Assembly: GCA_963782525.1 (NCBI GenBank)
Contig: CAWAKC010000001.1
Span: 544,001-608,000 of the forward strand
DNA from: Candidatus Bathyarchaeota archaeon
GTDB taxonomy: Archaea; Thermoproteota; Bathyarchaeia; Bathyarchaeales; Bathycorpusculaceae
Direction: 5' to 3'
DNA: 64,000 nucleotides
This document shows positions 58,860 to 64,000 of this stretch, in pieces. The notes under the pieces are model-generated. The model was not told where the DNA came from. It saw only the letters and a program-made list of their open reading frames with translations, and ran no database searches. Both the position numbers and the translations under genes were made by a program. Within the stretch, counting starts at the first letter, position 1. Each line of letters opens with the position of its first letter.

Positions 58860-59838
58860 TTTTTATGTTTTCAACGACTTTCTCGATAACATCAACAGGG
58901 TTTTCTAATTCTGCTAGTTTTTCTTTTACGTTAAATCGTTTGCCCAAATTCTTCTCGGCGTATGCAAGAACTCGCTGTTCGGTTGTTATTAACAAGGGGA
59001 AGCCCTTCTTTTCCAAATAGGTGTTCACGTAAGTTCTTGCCATGTCGGAGATTGCTATGCTTGGAACCCCTAGCAACGCAGCTTCCCTGGCGATGGTTCC
59101 CCCGTAACTTACCACTAAATCAGAGTTCGCAACCAAACTCACCGAATCTTCAAAGTCAGCCTTCACCCCAAAAGCATTGCTTTCTTCATTGTACCGCTCG
59201 ATTAAACGCACGTTTCCCAGTGACGCAAGATTATCTGCCAAAGTTTTTGCGTTGTCTTGCTTTCCACCTGCGTAAGCTGCTTTAGTTTCTATCTGCCTAA
59301 CCACTATCAGGGGCTTCTTCAAACCTGCCATTTTTGCGGGCTTAAAATCTTTAATCCATGCAACTTCATCAACGCCTTTGAAGGAAACGACATTTTTTTT
59401 TGCGCAGTAGGTCCGGGTGAAGCTTTTAGGCAAAGCTTCCGAAACCACCACTGTATGAGCAAACGGTATCGTTAGCCTGTTGGTGGCTAAAGCGTGGGGT
59501 GTATCGGCGGTTAGAATTATGGGGATTCCTAAGCCAAAGGCTGTGCGACAGAGCTCAACTGATTGGTGTGCAATAGCGATGTCTGGTCGGTTGTCTTTGA
59601 AGAGTTTTGCGAACTGAATTATGCGTTCAGCGCTCTCTTCAAGCCTCGAGATAAGTGTTGATGGGTTGTATTTGCCTACGACGATAGGTTCTTCTCCAAG
59701 AATTTTGGCAAGCGCAACTGTGTCTGGGTGTTCTCGGGTTGTGAAAATAAATTCATGCCCCGATTTCCTAAGACGCTTACCAATTGCAACACCATATCTT
59801 GTATGCTTGCCTGTGCAGGCGTCATACCAAATTTTCAT
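58846..59838 (-). CDS. DUF354 protein (GT-B / UDP-sugar epimerase-like)
   Basis: KIWYD....H, GVDEVAW and GGTIAREAALLGVPSI. Confidence 0.85.
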   Translation of the reverse strand: MKIWYDACTGKHTRYGVAIGKRLRKSGHEFIFTTREHPDTVALAKILGEEPIVVGKYNPSTLISRLEESAERIIQFAKLFKDNRPDIAIAHQSVELCRTAFGLGIPIILTADTPHALATNRLTIPFAHTVVVSEALPKSFTRTYCAKKNVVSFKGVDEVAWIKDFKPAKMAGLKKPLIVVRQIETKAAYAGGKQDNAKTLADNLASLGNVRLIERYNEESNAFGVKADFEDSVSLVANSDLVVSYGGTIAREAALLGVPSIAISDMARTYVNTYLEKKGFPLLITTEQRVLAYAEKNLGKRFNVKEKLAELENPVDVIEKVVENIKTKQA

Positions 59839-60386
59839 TATTGCACCTTTCTCTGTTCCTTTAGGAAGGCTTCGCGCTTGGTTTCGTATGCCTCCAAAGA
59901 CATGACCTTTTTGGCGGGTGTGCCAGCCACAACGGTTTTAGGCGGCACATCTTTAGCTACAACGCTTCCTCCGCCAACAACGGCTTTTTCACCTACAGTA
60001 ACGTTTGGAAGGATTGTGACTCCTCCGCCAATTGCAGCGCCTTCTTTAATGATTGGCGGAGTCAGGTAGCTGCTTTTTGGGTACTTGTCGTTTAGCAGAC
60101 TGCTGTTTGGCGCGATGAATACGTTGTCGCCTAAGACACAGCCATTAGAGATGGTTACGTGTGCCTGTATGTTGCAGTTTTTGCCTAAAACTACGTTCTT
60201 GCCGATGTCAACAAAGCTCCCAATCATGGTGCCGTCGCCGATTTTGGTGCCGTCTCCGATCACAACATAGTTCCAGATGGATACATCTTTGCCTATCTCT
60301 ACATTTGCGCCTGTTATGATGCCGGTGCCTTTCTTTGGATTCTGCATGCTTGTCCTTTCGAGCTCCAGATTTAAATAGTTTAACAT
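59838..60386 (-). CDS. Hexapeptide-repeat N-acetyltransferase (WbpD-like)
   Basis: IG hexapeptide repeats, NDKYP and VVAGTPAK. Confidence 0.9.
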   Translation of the reverse strand: MLNYLNLELERTSMQNPKKGTGIITGANVEIGKDVSIWNYVVIGDGTKIGDGTMIGSFVDIGKNVVLGKNCNIQAHVTISNGCVLGDNVFIAPNSSLLNDKYPKSSYLTPPIIKEGAAIGGGVTILPNVTVGEKAVVGGGSVVAKDVPPKTVVAGTPAKKVMSLEAYETKREAFLKEQRKVQ

Positions 60387-60418
60387 TAACTTGAGTTCTC
60401 CAATGATGGTGGCATGCT

Positions 60419-61312
60419 TTGGCTAAAGAAACCGTTTTGATTATTGGATTAGGTGAGATAGGCCACACCCTCTTCACATTATATGGTGAAGCTAAAGGAA
60501 AATTCTCGGTTTATGGTTTAGATTTAGACATGGAAAAAATGAAAGCACTGGACCAAATCAAAGAAAACATTCCAGCCAAAGTGGACACCCTGCAAGTTTG
60601 CCTTCCATGCGGTAGCCCAGAAAAATTCACTGAAATAATCAAAGGCTACGTTGATCAGTATAAGCCCAAACTCGTAATCATTAACAGCACTGTTCCACCC
60701 GGAACCACACTCAAAGTCGCTGCATCCTGCAAATGCCTTGTCGCCAATTCGCCCGCCCGCGGCGTTCACATAAACGTTGAGCATATGGTTTGGGAAATGA
60801 AGCGTTGGACCAAATATGTTGGCGGCGCTGACGCAGCTGCATCAAAAGCTGCTAAAGTCCATTTCGAGAAGCTAGGACTCAGAGTCAAGGTCCTCAAAAG
60901 CTGCCGCGAAACCGAATTGGCAAAACTATTCGAAACCACCTACCGTGCTTGGATGATTGCATGCTTCCAAGAAATGCACCGAATCTCAAGGGCTGTCGAC
61001 GCCGAATTCGATGAAACAGTGGATTTCCTCGAAGACACTCATAAAGAGCGTTTTGATAGGCCAGTCATGTTCCCGGGAGTAATCCGCGGGCACTGCCTTA
61101 TCCCTAACACCGAACTTTTGCTTAAAAGTTACGACTCAGAGTTCCTTAGGCTAATCTTGAAGTCAAACGAGAAACGCAAAGAAGAAATCAAAGACGCAAC
61201 GGTTAAGGCTGAAGCTGATAAGGTTGCAGCGAGGGCAATTGCTCTGGAAAAGAAGCTTGCAGGACCAAAAAACGTGGTTTTAGACGAGAAAAACTCATCA
61301 GGATGCACTTAG
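60419..61312 (+). CDS. Short UDP-glucose/GDP-mannose dehydrogenase family protein
   Basis: GLGEIG, NSTVPPGTT, ELAKLFETTYR and GHCL. Lacks the usual C-terminal domain. Confidence 0.8.
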   Translation: MAKETVLIIGLGEIGHTLFTLYGEAKGKFSVYGLDLDMEKMKALDQIKENIPAKVDTLQVCLPCGSPEKFTEIIKGYVDQYKPKLVIINSTVPPGTTLKVAASCKCLVANSPARGVHINVEHMVWEMKRWTKYVGGADAAASKAAKVHFEKLGLRVKVLKSCRETELAKLFETTYRAWMIACFQEMHRISRAVDAEFDETVDFLEDTHKERFDRPVMFPGVIRGHCLIPNTELLLKSYDSEFLRLILKSNEKRKEEIKDATVKAEADKVAARAIALEKKLAGPKNVVLDEKNSSGCT

Positions 61313-61454
61313 AATCTCTGAAAAGATCCTTTCAATCAAAGTTAATTTTCCTCCTTTACCTAACATCTATGAGTTTCTGAAAAGAGCGACCAATAGGATT
61401 CAAATGGGTTGGCTACAATATTCTTTTATTCTTGCTTAAAGCCTAAGTTAATTT

Positions 61455-61853
61455 ATGCATGAATGGGCGCTCGCTGAAGCAATCCTCGCATCCGCCAAGC
61501 AAGTTGCGGAACAGGAAAAATTAAAGGAAGTTACAGAAGTCACCATCAAAGTCGGCGAGCTCCAACAGATTGAACCACCCATCCTACGATTTGCCCTCAC
61601 CCAATTGAAACCAGAGCTCTTTAAGAACACCAAATTCCACATTCTCAAAGCCAAGTCAACGCTAAAATGCAGAGTCTGCGCCACCACTTGGCAATTCAAC
61701 CTAAAAAAACTCGACAAAGCCACCGCCGAAGCCATCCATTTTGTTCCTGAAGCCGCACACAGTTTTATCAAGTGCCCAAAATGCGGCAGCCCCGACTTTG
61801 AGATAGTAACCGGACGCGGTGTTTGGCTTGAGGACATAAAAGGAGCCAAATAA
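61455..61853 (+). CDS. hypA: Hydrogenase nickel metallochaperone HypA
   Basis: MHE N-terminus and CRVC...CPKCGS. Confidence 0.95.
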   Translation: MHEWALAEAILASAKQVAEQEKLKEVTEVTIKVGELQQIEPPILRFALTQLKPELFKNTKFHILKAKSTLKCRVCATTWQFNLKKLDKATAEAIHFVPEAAHSFIKCPKCGSPDFEIVTGRGVWLEDIKGAK

Positions 61854-61854
61854 G

Positions 61855-62592
61855 ATGATTGACCCGCGGTCAAGCGTAATTAACCAACGTTTAAGCAAAA
61901 TAAACCGAGTTATTGCCATTTCCAGCGGCAAAGGTGGCGTAGGCAAGAGTATGGTTGCAAGTGCTTTAGCGTTGTCGCTTGCTAAAGAAGGATGCAGGGT
62001 TGGCTTATTTGATTTAGACTTCACGGGTCCATCGACGCACATAATTCTTGGCGTTTCGGCAAATGTGCAGCCTAAAGAAGAAAAAGGCCTGGTCCCACCA
62101 ATCGTTGACGGCTTTGCGTACATGTCGCTTGTTTATTTTGTTGGGGATAACCCTGCTCCGTTGCGTGGTGCGGACGTTTCAAACGCATTGATCGAACTCT
62201 TATCTGTTACCCAATGGGGAAGTCTTGATTTTCTGATTATCGACATGCCGCCTGGAATCGGCGATGCAGTTTTGGATTTAGTACGACTGGTTGAACATTT
62301 AGAATTCTTGATTATCACTACGTCGTCGCTTTTGGCATTTGAAGTCGTCAAAAAACAGGTTGCTTTGCTATGTGAGCTAAAGATGCCTGTAATCGGGATA
62401 GTTGAGAACATGAAGATGGACAACGCAAAAGCAGTTGAAGTGGCAACCGAGAAGTTGGGGCTAAGGTACCTTGGCGCAATCCCCTATGACCCGAAAGTTG
62501 AAGCAGCAATCGGCAACCCAGAAAAACTGTTGGAAACCGCCGTGGGCAAAATGATGGCGCAAATCAAAAAAGCAGCAAAATCCCAAAAGTGA
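61855..62592 (+). CDS. Mrp/NBP35 family P-loop ATPase
   Basis: SGKGGVGKS, DLDFTGPS, IDMPPG and VENM. Adjacent to hypA. Confidence 0.9.
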   Translation: MIDPRSSVINQRLSKINRVIAISSGKGGVGKSMVASALALSLAKEGCRVGLFDLDFTGPSTHIILGVSANVQPKEEKGLVPPIVDGFAYMSLVYFVGDNPAPLRGADVSNALIELLSVTQWGSLDFLIIDMPPGIGDAVLDLVRLVEHLEFLIITTSSLLAFEVVKKQVALLCELKMPVIGIVENMKMDNAKAVEVATEKLGLRYLGAIPYDPKVEAAIGNPEKLLETAVGKMMAQIKKAAKSQK

Positions 62593-62598
62593 ATTTAA

Positions 62599-63333
62599 AT
62601 GGTCTGTAGAGCAGTCATTTTTGATTATATCGGCACCTTGGTTAATTGCAGAAACTATACGATGGAAGCATCAAAACTGAACCTTCATCGGACGCTGGTG
62701 ACTGAGGGTTTCGATGTAGCCAAGGATAGGTTTTTAGACGCTTATGATTTGGCACATGAGAAATACCGCAAAGTACGCTACGGACAACTGCGGGAAGTGA
62801 CTAACTCAGTCTGGGTGGCAGAAGCTTTGGGAAATTTAGGCTTTGAAGTGTCAACTGAAGACTGTCACATTAAGGCTGCTTTGAACGTTTTTTTTCAAGA
62901 TTTTATAGAAACTCTTGAGCTTAGGGAAGGCACAAAAAAGCTGCTCCGCGAAACCAAAGCACAGGGCAAAGTAGGTTTAATCTCCAACTTCACCTACGCG
63001 CCAGTCATCTACAAGAGCCTAAGAAAAATGGGAATCAGCGAATTTTTTAATACTGTTGTTGTTTCGGAAGAGGTAGGCTGGCGAAAACCCAGCGAACACA
63101 TATTCCAAGAAGCCCTAAATAGGCTCCAAATCCAAGCATGCGAAGCCGTTTACATCGGAGACAGCCCAAACGAAGACATCAAAGGCGCCAAACAGGCAGG
63201 ACTAAAAACCGTCTTTGTTCCTTCACAATTCAACAAACTAAAAGACCTCAGGGAAAGCAAACAGAAACCAGACAACATCGCCAAAGACCTAAAAGCTATC
63301 TACCAGAGTCTGAGCCAAATTCTTTCCCTCTAA
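62599..63333 (+). CDS. HAD-superfamily hydrolase
   Basis: FDYIGTL, ISN, RKP and IGDS..EDI.GA. Confidence 0.88.
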   Translation: MVCRAVIFDYIGTLVNCRNYTMEASKLNLHRTLVTEGFDVAKDRFLDAYDLAHEKYRKVRYGQLREVTNSVWVAEALGNLGFEVSTEDCHIKAALNVFFQDFIETLELREGTKKLLRETKAQGKVGLISNFTYAPVIYKSLRKMGISEFFNTVVVSEEVGWRKPSEHIFQEALNRLQIQACEAVYIGDSPNEDIKGAKQAGLKTVFVPSQFNKLKDLRESKQKPDNIAKDLKAIYQSLSQILSL

Positions 63334-63498
63334 AAGGGTAACTTTAAGAGTATAAATAAAAGGGGCTTGTAGGAAAAAATCGCTTCCATCGCTCCAGTAA
63401 TCAAAATTATCCCGTCATCAAATTCAAGGCGACTTGGCGCGAACAAATGTTTTATACACCCTCAACCAAACAATGGAGATTAAAAAAGAGGAAGAAAA

Positions 63499-63999
63499 AT
63501 GTATCAACAGAATCAAGTTCAAAACCAACCAACCGCAGCCTATTGGCTATCGATGATAGGTGGAATACTAGGCGTTTTAGGTGCCTTAGTCTTAATCGGG
63601 TTTGGTGCACTTGTTGGCGCTGTCACTTTCGGATTCGGCTTCGCAGTCATTGGCGGATTAGGAATCTGGATTCTCATATGCTCCATAGTTGTCATCGTTG
63701 CAGCTCAAAGACTAAAAGCCAATCCCCTTGAACACTCCAAATGGGGAGCCCTCATCTTGGTGTTCTCGATCATCGGGGGATGGTCAATTCTCGACTTCAT
63801 CGGCGGCATCTTGGCACTTGTTTACAAACCAATACGTGCAGGAGCACCTCAGCAGCAATATGGTCCACCACCCCAGCAACCATACTATGGACCACCACAA
63901 CAAGCACCTTATGCACCTACAAGAGTCTGCCCACAATGCGGAAAAGTAGTGCAAGATAACGTCAAGTTCTGCCCTAACTGCGGCAAACAACTAAACTAA
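63499..63999 (+). CDS. Membrane protein with Q/P/Y-rich linker and C-terminal zinc ribbon
   Basis: Three to four TMs, QQQYGPPPQQPYYGPPQQ and CPQCG...CPNCG. Confidence 0.8.
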   Translation: MYQQNQVQNQPTAAYWLSMIGGILGVLGALVLIGFGALVGAVTFGFGFAVIGGLGIWILICSIVVIVAAQRLKANPLEHSKWGALILVFSIIGGWSILDFIGGILALVYKPIRAGAPQQQYGPPPQQPYYGPPQQAPYAPTRVCPQCGKVVQDNVKFCPNCGKQLN

Positions 64000-64000
64000 A

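Overview
Archaeal chromosomal window, most likely Bathyarchaeia (TACK). This assignment is inferred from gene content: S25e/S26e/S17e/S3Ae, histone plus Alba, class I LysRS, thermosome, tetraether synthase, a DUF5752-fused GH57 and many zinc-ribbon membrane proteins. It is mostly dense housekeeping DNA: about 70 CDS covering translation, tRNA ligation (archease, RtcB), DNA repair (EndoQ, TatD), glycogen and glycan genes, TldD/E, CofD and HypA/Mrp, plus tRNA-Gly(TCC) and tRNA-Arg(GCG). I saw no rRNA, CRISPR array or intact transposase/integrase. The unexplained structure lies at the two tRNAs. (1) An AT-rich islet upstream of tRNA-Gly carries an Elf1-like gene, an uncalled 48-aa zinc ribbon and a decayed ORF that reads through the tRNA. 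That tRNA has an acceptor-stem mismatch, suggesting a hybrid made by a split (SSV/pTN3-type) integrase. (2) About 740 bp of non-coding DNA follows tRNA-Arg, containing an array of GAAGAAGA-stem hairpins bounded by a degenerate copy of the tRNA 3' end, then ORB-like boxes. The best candidate for an undescribed protein system is a YdjG-like zinc ribbon / helical protein / SPFH / 4-TM cluster resembling a PspA-less membrane-stress module. All family calls are from motif recognition; no searches were run.
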